The notes under the pieces were generated by a model that searched no databases, was not told the DNA's origin, and saw only the letters and a program-made list of their open reading frames with translations. The position numbers and the translations under genes were made by a program. DNA of 64,000 bases. Origin: a bacterium (lineage in GTDB: Bacteria; Auribacterota; JABMQX01). Where the stretch lies: positions 147-64,146 of the forward strand of contig JAUYEE010000291.1 in the NCBI GenBank assembly GCA_030691545.1. Reading direction: 5' to 3'. This document shows positions 20,663-31,472 of the stretch, one piece after another. Each line of letters begins with the position of its first letter. Position 1 is the stretch's first letter.

Positions 20663-21093
20663 CTCCGCGGAAGCGTAGCAATGGTCAGCCAGAACTCTTG
20701 AACGGCGCGCACCAAATCCATAAAGCGGTCCAAGCTCGCCGGCTTCGTGAGGTAGCAGTTCGCGCTCAGCCCATAAACCTCGAGGATGTCCTCGTCCGCC
20801 TCCGAACTCGTCAACGCCACCACCGGAATCCGCCGGAGTTTCTGGTCCGCCTTGATCTCGGACAGCACCTCCCGCCCATCCTTCCGTGGGAGGTTCAGGT
20901 CGAGGAGAATCAGGTCCGGTCGCGGCGCCTCCGCGTACATCCCTTGCTGACGAAGAAACGCGATGGCTTGCACACCGTCCCCAACGACGCTCAGCGTGTA
21001 GCGCATATTGCCTTGCTCCAGCCCTTCCCGGATCAGACGAACGTCCCCGGGGTTGTCCTCCACCAAGAGAATCCGAAACGATGAGTCAACCAT
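20659..21093 (-). CDS. Single-domain response regulator (Rcp1-like)
   Basis: 'ILLVEDNPGD', 'RPDLILLDLNLPRKDGREVL', 'ANCYLTKP', 'FWLTIATLP'. Confidence 0.93.
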   Translation of the reverse strand: MVDSSFRILLVEDNPGDVRLIREGLEQGNMRYTLSVVGDGVQAIAFLRQQGMYAEAPRPDLILLDLNLPRKDGREVLSEIKADQKLRRIPVVALTSSEADEDILEVYGLSANCYLTKPASLDRFMDLVRAVQEFWLTIATLPRR

Positions 21094-21105
21094 GTCCCCT
21101 CCTCC

Positions 21106-21546
21106 TCAGGGGAGTTTCACCACTGTCAGCCAGAAGTCTTCGACGGCTTTCACGACCTTTAGGAACTGCTGAAGGTCCACAGGCTTGGTCACGTAGCAGT
21201 TCGCGCGGCAGTCGTATGCTTTCAAGACGTCCTCGTCCGCCTCAGAGGTCGTCAGTACCACTACCGGAATGTGCCTCAACTTTTCATCTGCCTTGATCTC
21301 TGCCAGGACCTCCCGACCGTCCTTCTTGGGCAAGTTCAGGTCGAGAAGAACCAGGTCCGGGCGAGGGGCTGCGGCATATTTCGCCTCCCGGCGCAGGAAG
21401 GCCATCGCCTCCATACCATCCGTCACGACGCTCAACGTGTTGCGCACCTTGTTCTCCCGCAGAGCCTCTTGGGTGAGCCGGACGTCCCCCGGACTGTCCT
21501 CCACCAAAAGAATCTCCACCGGTTGACCAAGGGATGAACGCTGCAT
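21106..21546 (-). CDS. Single-domain response regulator (Rcp1-like)
   Basis: '[10 protein letters not shown]', '[20 protein letters not shown]', 'ANCYVTKP', 'FWLTVVKLP'. Confidence 0.93.
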   Translation of the reverse strand: MQRSSLGQPVEILLVEDSPGDVRLTQEALRENKVRNTLSVVTDGMEAMAFLRREAKYAAAPRPDLVLLDLNLPKKDGREVLAEIKADEKLRHIPVVVLTTSEADEDVLKAYDCRANCYVTKPVDLQQFLKVVKAVEDFWLTVVKLP

Positions 21547-21548
21547 TG

Positions 21549-24500
21549 TTACCCCTCTCCTGTGTCGGGAATCGTGAAGTAAAACGTCGAGCCTTCTCCC
21601 GGACGCGACTCGACCCAGATTCTCCCCCCATGTCCTTCCACAATTTTCTTGCAGATGGATAGTCCAATGCCCGTCCCCGCATACTCCGCTCGATTGTGGA
21701 GCCGCTGGAAAATCACGAAGATACGCTCCTTAAACTGGGGGTCTATCCCGATGCCGTTGTCGCACACAGAAAAAAGCCATTCCTCCTCGCGCCGCTCCGC
21801 CGAAATGTGAACGCGGGGAGGCTCCTTGCTGTGGTACTTGATGGCGTTGCCGAGGAGGTTCTGGAAGAGCTGACCCAGTTGTATCTCGTCGCCCGTCACC
21901 GTCGGCAAAAAGTCATGCGTGATCTCAGCCGCGCTTTCCTCAATCGCCATATTCAGGTTGGCAAGAACCCGCTTCAACACTGCCTCGGAATCCGTGGGCT
22001 GGAAGGGGTTGCCGCGAGTGCCGACGCGGGAGTAGGCGAGCAAATCTCTGATGAGGTTCTGCATTCGGGTGGCGCCGTCCACAATGTAGCCGATGAACTG
22101 GTCGGCGTCGGAGTCAAGCCCGCCCTTGTATCGTTTTTCGAGTAGCTGCGTGTAGCTCGCCACCATTCGCAATGGCTCCTGGAGGTCATGCGAGGCGACG
22201 TAGGCGAACTGCTCCAACTCGGCCGCGGTTTTTTTTAGTTGCTCCTCCCCTCGCTTCTGGTCGGTGATGTCCCAGAAAATGCCTAATACTCCGGTGACGT
22301 TACCGGCTTGGTCTTTAACGGGTGTTTTGACTGTCTGGACGGTCAGTTCCCGTCCTTGCTCGATGTATCTTTCTTCTATGCGCTCGGTCCGCCCCGACTG
22401 GATAATGCGCCTATCGTCGGCTGCGTATTTGTCGGCCAGCGCCGTGGGATGGAAGTCGTAGTCTGTCTTTCCGGCGATCTCATCAGGCGGTATTCCGAGG
22501 GCGTCAGCATAGCTCCGGTTGCACGACACGTAAACGCAATCTGTGTTCTTGAGGAATACTCTCTGCGGAAGGTTCTCAAGGAGCGTTCTGTATTTGGCCT
22601 CGCTGGCGCGGAGGGCTTCCTCCGCCTGCTTGCGCTCGGTGATGTCCCGGCACACGCAGAACACCAGTTTCTGCCCGCCGCACACGGCTCCGTTGGTGCT
22701 TATCTCGACGTCGAGGAAGGTCCCGTCCTTGCGGCGGTGGCGCGTTTCAAAATGGTCACCTGCAGCGTCAACCTGCCTGAGCATCTCAAGCAATTGCTCG
22801 CGCGTCCATTGGGCATCCCAATCCCACACGTGGAGTTGCAGGGCTTCCTCGGGAGTGTACCCAAGCATCTCGGCATAGCGCTTGTTCGCTTCGTAAACCT
22901 TGCCGTCCTCGGTGAGGACGACAATCCCGTCCCCGGACTGCTCAACCAAGATGTACCGCCGAATCGCTTCATCCGCCAGCATTTCCTCCGCTCGCTTGCG
23001 ATCTGTGATATCGCGGGAGACGCCGAAGGTTCCGATGATTCTGGCGTCTTTGTCGCGAAGAGGCATCTTGGTCGTGGAAACCCAGGTCACACGGCCATCC
23101 GGCCACGTTTCCTTTTCCTCCTTGGCGACCAAAGCCTTCCCGGATTTCATCACTTCTTGTTCGTCCTCGAATGCCGGGCGGGCATGCTCCTCTGTGAAGA
23201 AGTCAAAATCGGTCTTTCCCAGCGCCTGGGAGGGATCCGTGAGCCCGAAGCGCTCGGTCAAGGCCCTGCTGATTCGCGTAAAACGGCTGCCGGTATCCTT
23301 GAAGTAAATGCAGTCAGGGAGCTTATCCATCAGGGTCTGGAGCAGGTACCTCTCTTCAACAAGGGCATCCTCCATGCGCTTCCGCTCCGTGACGTCCCAG
23401 AACATCCCCTGCGTTCCTGTAACCTCTCCCTCGGAGTTGTGTACTGGCGTCTTGAAGACTTGAACATGTATTCTCTCGCCATCCGGTTGTTCGTGTTGCT
23501 CGACGTCTTCAAAGAGCTCCCCTGTTTGTATGACTCTGCTATCGTCGTGCCTGTACTTCTCAGCCAACTCTCCTGGGAAAAAATCGAAATCTGTCCCACC
23601 AATAATCTCATCAAGCGATCTTCCAAGCGTCTCGCAGAACAGTCTGTTTCCGAAGGTAAACTTTCCCTCCAAATCTTTCCGAAAGACATTGAGCGGCAGG
23701 CTCTCAACGAGGGAATGGTAAAGAGCTTCCGAATCCCTCAGCGCCCGCTCCGCCCGTCTCGCCTCCGTAACGTCAACGGAGAAACCTATCACCCCAACGA
23801 TGTTCCCCTTCTCATCCCTGTACGGGATCTTGTCCGTCCGGAGCCACAGGGTCTCCCGGGGCGTCTCGAGGGGCTCAAGTATGTTTCTCTTGGGGCGCTC
23901 CGTCGCCATCACCGCTTTATCGTCCTCCCAGTAATCATCCGCCTGGTTCGGATGGAGGTCGAAGCAACTCTTCCCCTCCATGTCTTCCTTGTCCACCTCG
24001 AACGCATCGGCGAGGGCTTTGTTGACGCGAACGAGGCGATTCTCCCTGTCTTTGTAAAAAATCATCGCGGGCACGGAATCCAGTATGATCTCAAACTGCT
24101 GCCGCATCATCTCCAGCTCTCTCTCCGCCCGCTTCTGCTCGGTGATATCCCGGCTCAAACCGACCAAGCCGACAACCGCCCCGCTGCTGTCTCGCAGGGG
24201 CGCCTTGCTCGTCAGAAACCACTTCTCCCTACTGTCCTGATCCACCACCGGCTCTTCCCTATCAACCAGAGGCTCTCCGGACGATATTACGTTCTGCTCG
24301 TCGGCATAGTACTGCTCCGCGAGTTCCGGAGGGAACAGATCGAAGTCCGTCTTGCCGATGACCTGGTCCAAACTCTTGGCGCCCAGAGTCTTGAGGTGAG
24401 CGGCGTTGGTGGTCACGAAGCGGCTCTTGCTATCCTTCACAAAGATATGGCAGTCTGGCACGTTGTCCATGACCGCGCGCAACAAGTTACGCTCTTCCGC

Positions 24501-25979
24501 CAGCGCCTCCTCTGCCCGCTTCTGCTCCGTGATGTCGGTGAAGCACAACAAAATCTTTGACCATGTTGCCTCGTGGCCAGGGACTGCAGAGCACTTGAAT
24601 GACAGGTCTCTCCTCTCGCCCGTGAGGAGTCGAACAACGGTTTCGCCCTCAAGCACAGTCCCACCTTCAGCGAGGCCGACAACCGCCTCTTGCAGCGCAG
24701 CATACGACTCCTCAGTGAAAAGCGCCCCGAACTGCTCCCCAAGCTCTTGTTTCGTGTGCGTTCCGTGCGACTCGCGTCCCACCTTGTTTATGTCGAGGAC
24801 CTTCAGCATTGCTGGAAAGCTGCCAACAGCCTCAGGGTGATCTTGCAGGTACGCTCTCAGGTCTGCGACCCCCGCATCTCGTAAAGCATCAATCCGTTTC
24901 TTAAGCTCTGAGCCATCAACCTCCCACAGGGAAACGGGGGAGTGCTCGAAGAGGTCGCGGTATCGCCCCTCGCTCTCTCGCAGTGCTTCCTCCGCCCGCC
25001 TCCGCTCCGCGATCTGCTGCCGAAGCTCCTCATTGGTCCTGCTCAGCTTAGCCGTGCGCTCCTCCACCTGCTGCTCGAGGCGCTCCTGAAGCTTCTTGAG
25101 ATCCTCTTCCGCCCGCTTGCGCCGCGTCACATCCCAGAAAATTCCCTGGACCCCAATCACCTCTCCCTTAGCGTTGCACGCTGGCGTCTTGAGCACTTGT
25201 ACGTAGATTCTTTCCCCGTCCGGCTTCTGGTGCTCCTCGATATCCTCGAAGGTCCCTTCGGTCTCAATCACCCTCCTGTCATCCCCCCTGTATTTTTCCG
25301 CCAGCTCTCTCGGGAAAAAGTCAAGATCGTTCTTGCCGAGGATCTCCTCGAGCGGCCTCCCCATGGTCTCGCAGTACCGCTTGTTTCCGAAAGTGACCCT
25401 TCCGTCCAAATCCTTTCGAAAGACGTTCAAAGGCAGGCTGTCCACGAGAGAGTGATAAAGGGCCTCAGAATCCCGCAACGCCTCCTCCGCTCGCTTGCGA
25501 TCGGTGATGTCCCTCGTAATGCCCACAAGCCCGACGACTCGCCCTTTCGCATCAGTCAAGGGTATCTTGTGTTCTGATACCCAGGCCATATCGTGCGTCC
25601 CGCCCTCGGGAACTTGCCATTCTCTGGCAAGCACCGGTTGCCCGGATTCCATAATTGTTCGCTCCTCCTCATAGAACCTTCGGGCATCATCCTCGGGGAA
25701 AAAATCAAAATCGGTTTTGCCGACCACGTCCTCTGGACCACTGACTCTCAGGAACCACGCAAGCGCCTTGTTCGCCTTGAGGAACCGCGATTCCCTGTCT
25801 TTGAGAAAGATATAATCCGGAGAGTTTCCCATGATCGTGCGCAGGACATCACGCTCATCAACCTCAACCTGCGCCGCCTGGCCGGGACCTGCTTCTCCCG
25901 CTTCCAACTCTGCGATTCGGCGGCGAAGCACTGTTAGCTCCTCGATCAGTTGGGGTTTTGTCTTAGCCACATCTTTCAT
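21549..25979 (-). CDS. Cytoplasmic histidine kinase with nine PAS/PAC domains
   Basis: Nine PAS units ending in D[IV]T..K/R motifs. Cph1-type H-box '[14 protein letters not shown]', 'NLLGNAIKY', 'GTGIGL'. No TM segment. Confidence 0.93.
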   Translation of the reverse strand: MKDVAKTKPQLIEELTVLRRRIAELEAGEAGPGQAAQVEVDERDVLRTIMGNSPDYIFLKDRESRFLKANKALAWFLRVSGPEDVVGKTDFDFFPEDDARRFYEEERTIMESGQPVLAREWQVPEGGTHDMAWVSEHKIPLTDAKGRVVGLVGITRDITDRKRAEEALRDSEALYHSLVDSLPLNVFRKDLDGRVTFGNKRYCETMGRPLEEILGKNDLDFFPRELAEKYRGDDRRVIETEGTFEDIEEHQKPDGERIYVQVLKTPACNAKGEVIGVQGIFWDVTRRKRAEEDLKKLQERLEQQVEERTAKLSRTNEELRQQIAERRRAEEALRESEGRYRDLFEHSPVSLWEVDGSELKKRIDALRDAGVADLRAYLQDHPEAVGSFPAMLKVLDINKVGRESHGTHTKQELGEQFGALFTEESYAALQEAVVGLAEGGTVLEGETVVRLLTGERRDLSFKCSAVPGHEATWSKILLCFTDITEQKRAEEALAEERNLLRAVMDNVPDCHIFVKDSKSRFVTTNAAHLKTLGAKSLDQVIGKTDFDLFPPELAEQYYADEQNVISSGEPLVDREEPVVDQDSREKWFLTSKAPLRDSSGAVVGLVGLSRDITEQKRAERELEMMRQQFEIILDSVPAMIFYKDRENRLVRVNKALADAFEVDKEDMEGKSCFDLHPNQADDYWEDDKAVMATERPKRNILEPLETPRETLWLRTDKIPYRDEKGNIVGVIGFSVDVTEARRAERALRDSEALYHSLVESLPLNVFRKDLEGKFTFGNRLFCETLGRSLDEIIGGTDFDFFPGELAEKYRHDDSRVIQTGELFEDVEQHEQPDGERIHVQVFKTPVHNSEGEVTGTQGMFWDVTERKRMEDALVEERYLLQTLMDKLPDCIYFKDTGSRFTRISRALTERFGLTDPSQALGKTDFDFFTEEHARPAFEDEQEVMKSGKALVAKEEKETWPDGRVTWVSTTKMPLRDKDARIIGTFGVSRDITDRKRAEEMLADEAIRRYILVEQSGDGIVVLTEDGKVYEANKRYAEMLGYTPEEALQLHVWDWDAQWTREQLLEMLRQVDAAGDHFETRHRRKDGTFLDVEISTNGAVCGGQKLVFCVCRDITERKQAEEALRASEAKYRTLLENLPQRVFLKNTDCVYVSCNRSYADALGIPPDEIAGKTDYDFHPTALADKYAADDRRIIQSGRTERIEERYIEQGRELTVQTVKTPVKDQAGNVTGVLGIFWDITDQKRGEEQLKKTAAELEQFAYVASHDLQEPLRMVASYTQLLEKRYKGGLDSDADQFIGYIVDGATRMQNLIRDLLAYSRVGTRGNPFQPTDSEAVLKRVLANLNMAIEESAAEITHDFLPTVTGDEIQLGQLFQNLLGNAIKYHSKEPPRVHISAERREEEWLFSVCDNGIGIDPQFKERIFVIFQRLHNRAEYAGTGIGLSICKKIVEGHGGRIWVESRPGEGSTFYFTIPDTGEG

Positions 25980-26078
25980 CGTCGCCTGCCTTTCCGGGGC
26001 TGGGATCGCTGATTCGGAGCGCGCCCGGGCAATGGCACGCCTCGGTCTGAGTGATGTTCTGTCAGGTCGTTAGAAGAC

Positions 26079-26117
26079 AAAAAAACTCCATGGCCCCCCT
26101 CTGGGGCGCATGGAGTT
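26079..26117 (-). terminator. Intrinsic terminator inside the 5' leader of the PAS kinase gene
   Basis: Stem AACTCCATG/CATGGAGTT with inner GCCCC/GGGGC pairs, followed on the minus strand by a T7 run about 100 nt before the start codon. Confidence 0.75.
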
Positions 26118-26200
26118 GTCCTCCGGTCGAAAACCGGGATACCGGGCAGACTACCTCACGGCCATCCCCCCCGGCATGTCCGTCAGCTAATCGCACAGAA
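26118..26200 (-). ncRNA. Candidate cis-regulatory structured RNA (unknown riboswitch or attenuator)
   Basis: Minus strand: stem TGCCGGG/CCCGGTA enclosing a GTGA (GNRA) tetraloop hairpin, then hairpin CCGGT-TTTCG-ACCGG. Sits between a promoter and a terminator. Confidence 0.5.
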
Positions 26201-26226
26201 CTTCATTTCCTAGATTGTCTGGAAGC

Positions 26227-26255
26227 ATGTTACAGAACGCGCACGGTGTAGTCAA
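26227..26255 (-). promoter_or_regulatory. Sigma70-type promoter for signalling cluster
   Basis: Minus strand TTGACT (26255-26250), 17 nt, TAACAT (26232-26227). Confidence 0.65.
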
Positions 26256-26471
26256 GAACTTTGTCAGGAAAAGATTCGACTCACTCATCCGCCGGGCCAA
26301 AAGAGATTTCCACACTGCACTTGAATGGAACGAGAGACACCGGACGCCCGCAGACGAATCCGCTTGGTCGCGGCCCGGCGACCGATGCGCGGAGGGGCGC
26401 CGGCCGCCTCGGTGATCCGTGCGTCTCCTTCTGCCGTGCGCAACGATAGGCGGCGCAAGGGGAAATACCGC

Positions 26472-26500
26472 TTGACTTGGCTGGAGTGATCTGGTAAAAA
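26472..26500 (+). promoter_or_regulatory. Possible sigma70-type promoter for HicB-like gene and tRNA
   Basis: TTGACT (26472-26477), 17 nt, TGn-TAAAAA. Confidence 0.45.
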
Positions 26501-26615
26501 TTATCTCACGATTGACAAGAAGGCGCGCCGGGTCCTCCGAGGAACAATTCCGCGGAGAACCGCCATCCGGAGGCGCCTTCGACGCGAGGCTCCTGTAAGA
26601 CTGACGAGGAGTGTG

Positions 26616-26870
26616 ATGCAAATCAAGATCGAAGTGCGCGGCGAACTTGGCGGAGAGTATCAAGCGTATTGTCCGGAAGCGGGTGTGTCGTGCAGGGGAC
26701 GGTCCCTGGAAGACGCGCTGGAGCGGATCAAGGAACTCCTGTCGCTGTACTTCTCCGCCGTCGAGGACGCGGAGATGGCGCCTGAGGAACAAGCAGAACT
26801 GACCAGGGAGCTTCGCTTGCACCTGCGGGGAAAGAATCTCTTCATCCCCCCGGACCCGAAGGTGCACTAA
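26616..26870 (+). CDS. HicB-family antitoxin-like small protein
   Basis: 'GEYQAYCPEAGVSCRGRSLEDALERIKELLSLY' fits the HicB N-terminal fold. GAGGAG RBS. Confidence 0.75.
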   Translation: MQIKIEVRGELGGEYQAYCPEAGVSCRGRSLEDALERIKELLSLYFSAVEDAEMAPEEQAELTRELRLHLRGKNLFIPPDPKVH

Positions 26871-26911
26871 CTCCCCTTCAGGAGGGGCAGCGCGAGTTTT
26901 GTTGTCCATAT

Positions 26912-26984
26912 TCCCCGGTAGCTCAGTTGGTAGAGCGGGTGGCTGTTAACCACCATGTCGCTGGTTCGAGTCCGGCCCGGGGAG
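26912..26984 (+). tRNA. tRNA-Asn (GTT), CCA not encoded
   Basis: Acceptor stem TCCCCGG/CCGGGGA, D arm GCTCAGTTGGTAGAGC, anticodon stem GGTGG/CCACC with GTT at 26945-26947, T loop TTCGAGT. Confidence 0.97.
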
Positions 26985-27259
26985 TTTTCTTTGCGCTGAG
27001 CCAGGGGTCGCCCGAAGGGAGTTGTTAGTTGACAAAGTCCCGCCAACGGCGCGAGTAAGCATCCTGCGAGCCTCGGAGTTCCAGCCCGGCCTGGGGAGAG
27101 ATTGAGACCTCGCATGGTCTAAGAGATTTTTGTTGCGGGATGAACTCGGCCTGGGCATAATTGTGCCAAACCTCTGGGCACTGGCTCCGCAACCGGTCGG
27201 GGCCAGTGTCGTGTAAAGGGAAAACCTATAGTCCACCAACCAACCCGCGGTGAGGGGCC

Positions 27260-28924
27260 ATGACAATGGGAGATGTTTCTCGCGACATAATTACCGAATT
27301 GGAGGCCGATGTTGTCAGGAACGTCGGGACTCTGCCGACACGCCCGAACGTCATCCAACTGGAACCGGACGCAATCCGCACCGAAGCTGAGAAGTATGGC
27401 ACGCGGACGAAGTTCGGGAACTACAACTTCATCTCGAGCGTGAAGAACAGGAGTGCCGGTGCCACGGTGTACCTGGGAGGGAAGGAGGTCGAGCAAAAAA
27501 AGCTAAGCGACCAGCAGAAACACATCATCCGCAACCTGCCCACAACGCTCGGAAAGCTCCACGAGTATCTGAAACAGACGCCGCTGATACGCCTGAAGAG
27601 GTTCATGGGACAGAACCGGCATTTTGTCCCCCAATGCAAGTTGTACGTGTCGTTGCAGCGCCCGGAGTCGGTTCGCCTCACTTATTACTTCTCGATATCT
27701 CTCTTCGAGAAGGCCCTGGGGGCGGGTCCGGACCTCTCTTTGGTTTACGTACCGGAGTGGTTGGAGACAAGCCGGCAAATCCTGGTATTTCCCCGCGCTG
27801 GCGTCACGTACGTGTTAGGAACGGACTACTACGGTGAGGTGAAGAAGGGTTTCCTGCGCATGGCGATGTGGCAGGCAAAACAGCAGAACAAGCTGGGTCT
27901 GCACGCGGGAAGCAAGATGCTCGTCGCCAAGGACAAACACGGCAAGGTTCGGCGGTATGGGATGATCCTGTTCGGGCTGACTGCAACCGGAAAGACCACT
28001 CATTCATGTCACAACCACGGCTTGACCGGGAAGGGGGAGTCGGCGAAGGTTCTCCAGGACGACGTTGTTTTCCTGTGCAAAGACGGAACGGCGTACGGAA
28101 CGGAGCGAGGCTTTTATGTCAAAACCGAAGGACTTAACCCGGAGTCGCAACCCGTTCTTTACCAGGGTTGCACGAGCCCCAACACGCTCTGGGAAAACGT
28201 CATGGTGGATTACGAAGGGGAAGTGCATTTCGATGACGATTGCATGACCGGCAACGCCAGAGCGGTCGTGCGAAGAGAGGACTTAGGGAAAAAATGGATT
28301 GCCCGCGGAATAGACCTGCCTTCGGTGAATGACCTTGACGGGCTCATCGTTGCTTTCATCACCCGCCATAATACCGTTGTGCCGATCGCCTCAAAGCTCA
28401 CGCCGGAGGAGGCGGTAGGTGCTTTCATGCTCGGCGAGTCAGTCGAGAGCACTGGGGGCGATCCGAGGAAAGCGGGTCAGTCCGTGCGGGTCGTGGGAAC
28501 CAACCCGTTCATCATCGGCGATGAGGCACAGGAGGGAAACTGGTTCTACGATTTCGTGAAATCCAACGAAAAGAAAGTTCAATGCTACCTCCTCAATACG
28601 GGAGGTATTGGCGAGATCCGTGAGCAGGGAGAGGACGGGATTCCTCTTATCAAGCAGGGAGTCACCCGCGTCCAGATTCCCGAGATGGCGGCCATCATTC
28701 GGGGCATCATCAAAGGGACTATCGAGTGGGGCGACAACGCCTTGTGGAAGGTCGAGGTGCCCAAGAAGGTCGAGGGAATGGATATCAGCCGATTTGAGCT
28801 CCACCGATTCTACCTCCCAGGGACAATCGAAAGGTACTCAACGCGGTTGAAGCAGGAGAGGATCGAATATCTGGAGCAGTTTCCGGAACTCGACCCTTCG
28901 GTTATCAAGGCATACAAGTTCTGA
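27260..28924 (+). CDS. pckA: Phosphoenolpyruvate carboxykinase (ATP-type fold)
   Basis: 'LGTDYYGEVKKG', 'GLHAG', P-loop 'FGLTATGKTT', metal motif 'LQDD', 'GTERGFYVKT', 'YLLNTG'. Confidence 0.88.
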   Translation: MTMGDVSRDIITELEADVVRNVGTLPTRPNVIQLEPDAIRTEAEKYGTRTKFGNYNFISSVKNRSAGATVYLGGKEVEQKKLSDQQKHIIRNLPTTLGKLHEYLKQTPLIRLKRFMGQNRHFVPQCKLYVSLQRPESVRLTYYFSISLFEKALGAGPDLSLVYVPEWLETSRQILVFPRAGVTYVLGTDYYGEVKKGFLRMAMWQAKQQNKLGLHAGSKMLVAKDKHGKVRRYGMILFGLTATGKTTHSCHNHGLTGKGESAKVLQDDVVFLCKDGTAYGTERGFYVKTEGLNPESQPVLYQGCTSPNTLWENVMVDYEGEVHFDDDCMTGNARAVVRREDLGKKWIARGIDLPSVNDLDGLIVAFITRHNTVVPIASKLTPEEAVGAFMLGESVESTGGDPRKAGQSVRVVGTNPFIIGDEAQEGNWFYDFVKSNEKKVQCYLLNTGGIGEIREQGEDGIPLIKQGVTRVQIPEMAAIIRGIIKGTIEWGDNALWKVEVPKKVEGMDISRFELHRFYLPGTIERYSTRLKQERIEYLEQFPELDPSVIKAYKF

Positions 28925-29162
28925 GTCCTCCGGTCAGGCGACCGCCGGCGGTGTCCGCAGCGCGGTGACACAGCGAGTCCTTTGGAAACAACGCAACGGC
29001 CTTTGAGGCGCGAACCGGTGAGTCCGGGGCAGGTGTGCCCTCTTCGATGCGCGAAAACGTCCCACGGACGGCGTTCTCTCCCGGCGGCTGCGTTCCACCA
29101 AAGATTTCCTGTCCGTGTGAAGTAGAAACGTGATGTCTTCAGTCGCTACGCGGGGAAAGGGC

Positions 29163-29606
29163 ATGAAATCACATAAGACAAAGCTTGACGTCGCGACTCA
29201 GAAGGCTGATGTGGAGTCCAATGAAAGGGACAGCATCCAGCGCTCCATCGGGAGAATTGGCGCCAAGCCCCGCCTGAAAGGAAAGATCCTCAACGCCGTT
29301 TTTGTCCTGGGAGTCGTCGGAGCCTTCACGATGTCTCTCGTGACGCGCGGCACTTCCCGCATGGTTTTCATTGATGTGGGGCTATTGCTTTTGTCCCTGA
29401 AGCTTGCCTATCACCTTCATACCGAAGCGAAGGTGAACCACGCCCAATTCTGGATACTCGCCACTCTCGAAGACAGATTGCTGGACGTGATAACGGAACT
29501 CCGTTCGCTCCGCAAGGAGTTGCTCCATCTTTCCGCCATGACACAGCAAGATTCCCCCTCGCCGGATTCCTCCGAGACCCCCACAGAACCCGCCGAAGAG
29601 AAGTGA
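29163..29606 (+). CDS. Hypothetical two-TM membrane protein
   Basis: Two hydrophobic segments followed by a coiled-coil-like tail. Start uncertain (ORF is open from 29130). Confidence 0.7.
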   Translation: MKSHKTKLDVATQKADVESNERDSIQRSIGRIGAKPRLKGKILNAVFVLGVVGAFTMSLVTRGTSRMVFIDVGLLLLSLKLAYHLHTEAKVNHAQFWILATLEDRLLDVITELRSLRKELLHLSAMTQQDSPSPDSSETPTEPAEEK

Positions 29607-30011
29607 AGGCGCCTGTCACACGGCCCCTCGCGGTTCGCTGCAGCATCGAATAAGGATGGTACATTCCAGCGGCACACCGTTCGGTCCGAGGCGCGGGAAC
29701 ACTCTGAGAACGCGTAGAAGAATCCTTGTCCGCGAGCGGGCCTTCTGGTAGCTTATGCGAAATGTGCGACCGTGTGGGCAAGGTATCCGCCTCCGGGCCA
29801 TGTCGCAGATGCGGATAACGAGCTCAAGGTAACCTGGAGGCTCACATGTTTCTCGGGTTTTCCACAGCGGGCTCCAAATTTGCGACAATGGTCTCACGAA
29901 TTCAGGCTCTTGGCGGGTGGAGTTCTTGTCCCGAGCGACCGCGGCGCGCAGAAAGAAATCCCTTTACCCAGAGTGGAGTTCTGACGGGTATCCAGCAGAG
30001 GAGACGACGCT

Positions 30012-31472
30012 ATGCCTGAGACAGACCAACCGATTTCCTACCCCGAACCTCCCCCCGAACTTCGCAGCCGAAACTGGTTCAAATTGCTGGCGTTCTTCGG
30101 GCCCGGCGCCATCATGGCTTCGGTGACCATCACGAGCGGGGAGACGCTGTTCGCTTCCCGCTCCGGAGCGACCTTCGCGTACGCCATGCTCTGGTGCCTG
30201 CTCGCGGCCGCTATCATGAAGGGAGTACAGGTCTATGGCGGGATGCGCTTCTTGGTCGTTACCGGCTACCATCCGATGGAAAGCTGGGCGTACCTTCCGG
30301 GTCCGCGGTCCTGGTGCCCGCTTCTGATCGGCATCCTGAGCTTGGCTTGTTTTCCGTTCTGGCTATCCGGCCTGCCCAAAATGCTGGGGCAAATCACGAA
30401 TTGGATCACCGGGCTCCAGAAGTATGAGGGAGCCCAGACCATCGAGCGAACGTGGGCAACGTTCTACATTGCCGTGGCGGTGACTGTCACCCTGCTTCAG
30501 ACCTACGGCTTCCTGGAAAAGGCACAGACAGTAATTCTCGTTATCCTTCTGGTGTCCATCCTTGCGGCCGTGTTCGCCTCCAAGCCGGATTGGCTCGCCG
30601 CGCTCGTCGGCGCCGTGAAGCCGACGATACCGAGGTACCCGGGGTGGGTGGAACACGCCTACCCGAAAGTGGCGGCGCGTCCCCCCTGGGTCGAAATCGG
30701 CACGTACATGGGCGCCCTCGGCGGAGGGACGTACGATTACCTCGGCTACGTCGGCATGTTGCGAGAAAAGGGCTGGGGGATGCTTCAGCGGGTCGGAAAG
30801 CTCATTCCCATGAGAGAACTTCGATCATCTCTCCCTGTCGAGAAGGGTGAGGTTCGGAAGTGCCGCACGTGGCTGCGTGCACCGATGATTGACTGCTCTG
30901 TGTCGTTCGCATGCGTTCTCATATTCACCGCGGCCTTCCTGATTCTTGGCGCGAGAATCCTCCATCCGGATAGAATCATTCCCGACGGCACCGAACTGTT
31001 CAACCACCAGGCACGTTTCCTGACTCGGATTCACGATAGCCTCCTGTACGTCTATCAGGTAGGCGTCTTTATGGCGTTTTTCGGGACCATTATCGGAGCC
31101 TATGAAATCTACACCCGCACGACCTCCGAGTGCCTCCGGGGGGTCTGGAAACGAGGAGGGGAGGTTCCGCTTCGACGCGTTCGCGTCGGGGTCTGCATCT
31201 ACACGGGCGGCCTCGGGCTACTGCTGGTCTGGACGGTGGAGAACCCCATCAGCATTGTGACCATCCCTGCACTCTTAGGAGGGGTCTTCACGTGCGGGCT
31301 GTGGTGTTTCGCTGTGCTTTGGGCAGAGCGCCGGTTTCTCCCGGAGGCTCATCGGATGAAGAAGGGACTGTTCGTGGCCACCGTCATCGCGGGCGTTGCT
31401 ATGACGTTCTTTGGCGCCATGGCCCTGTATCTCCACTTTGCGCCGAAGATTGCCGCTTTGTTCGGGCATTAG
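30012..31472 (+). CDS. NRAMP-family (YcsG-like) transporter
   Basis: 'FGPGAIMASVTITSGE' and many TM helices. GAGGAG RBS. Confidence 0.82.
   Translation: MPETDQPISYPEPPPELRSRNWFKLLAFFGPGAIMASVTITSGETLFASRSGATFAYAMLWCLLAAAIMKGVQVYGGMRFLVVTGYHPMESWAYLPGPRSWCPLLIGILSLACFPFWLSGLPKMLGQITNWITGLQKYEGAQTIERTWATFYIAVAVTVTLLQTYGFLEKAQTVILVILLVSILAAVFASKPDWLAALVGAVKPTIPRYPGWVEHAYPKVAARPPWVEIGTYMGALGGGTYDYLGYVGMLREKGWGMLQRVGKLIPMRELRSSLPVEKGEVRKCRTWLRAPMIDCSVSFACVLIFTAAFLILGARILHPDRIIPDGTELFNHQARFLTRIHDSLLYVYQVGVFMAFFGTIIGAYEIYTRTTSECLRGVWKRGGEVPLRRVRVGVCIYTGGLGLLLVWTVENPISIVTIPALLGGVFTCGLWCFAVLWAERRFLPEAHRMKKGLFVATVIAGVAMTFFGAMALYLHFAPKIAALFGH

Noticed and set aside
22308..24560. 750-aa plus-strand ORF (also long ORFs such as 42051-43646, 44029-45831, 37556-38986)
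   Set aside because: These are antisense shadows of well-supported genes in GC-rich DNA and have no recognisable motifs.
26178..26192. CCGTCAGCTAA on the plus strand resembles the 3' end of the c-di-AMP (ydaO) riboswitch
   Set aside because: The upstream conserved blocks of that riboswitch are absent, and the promoter and terminator point to the minus strand.
27060..27215. Hairpins between tRNA-Asn and the PEP carboxykinase gene as a possible ncRNA such as 6S
   Set aside because: The stems do not nest into one rod and I see no recognisable consensus. Chance pairing in GC-rich DNA can explain them.
29790..30010. Possible Mn2+ (yybP-ykoY) riboswitch upstream of the NRAMP-like gene
   Set aside because: Only a generic long-range stem is visible and the conserved yybP-ykoY motifs are not present.
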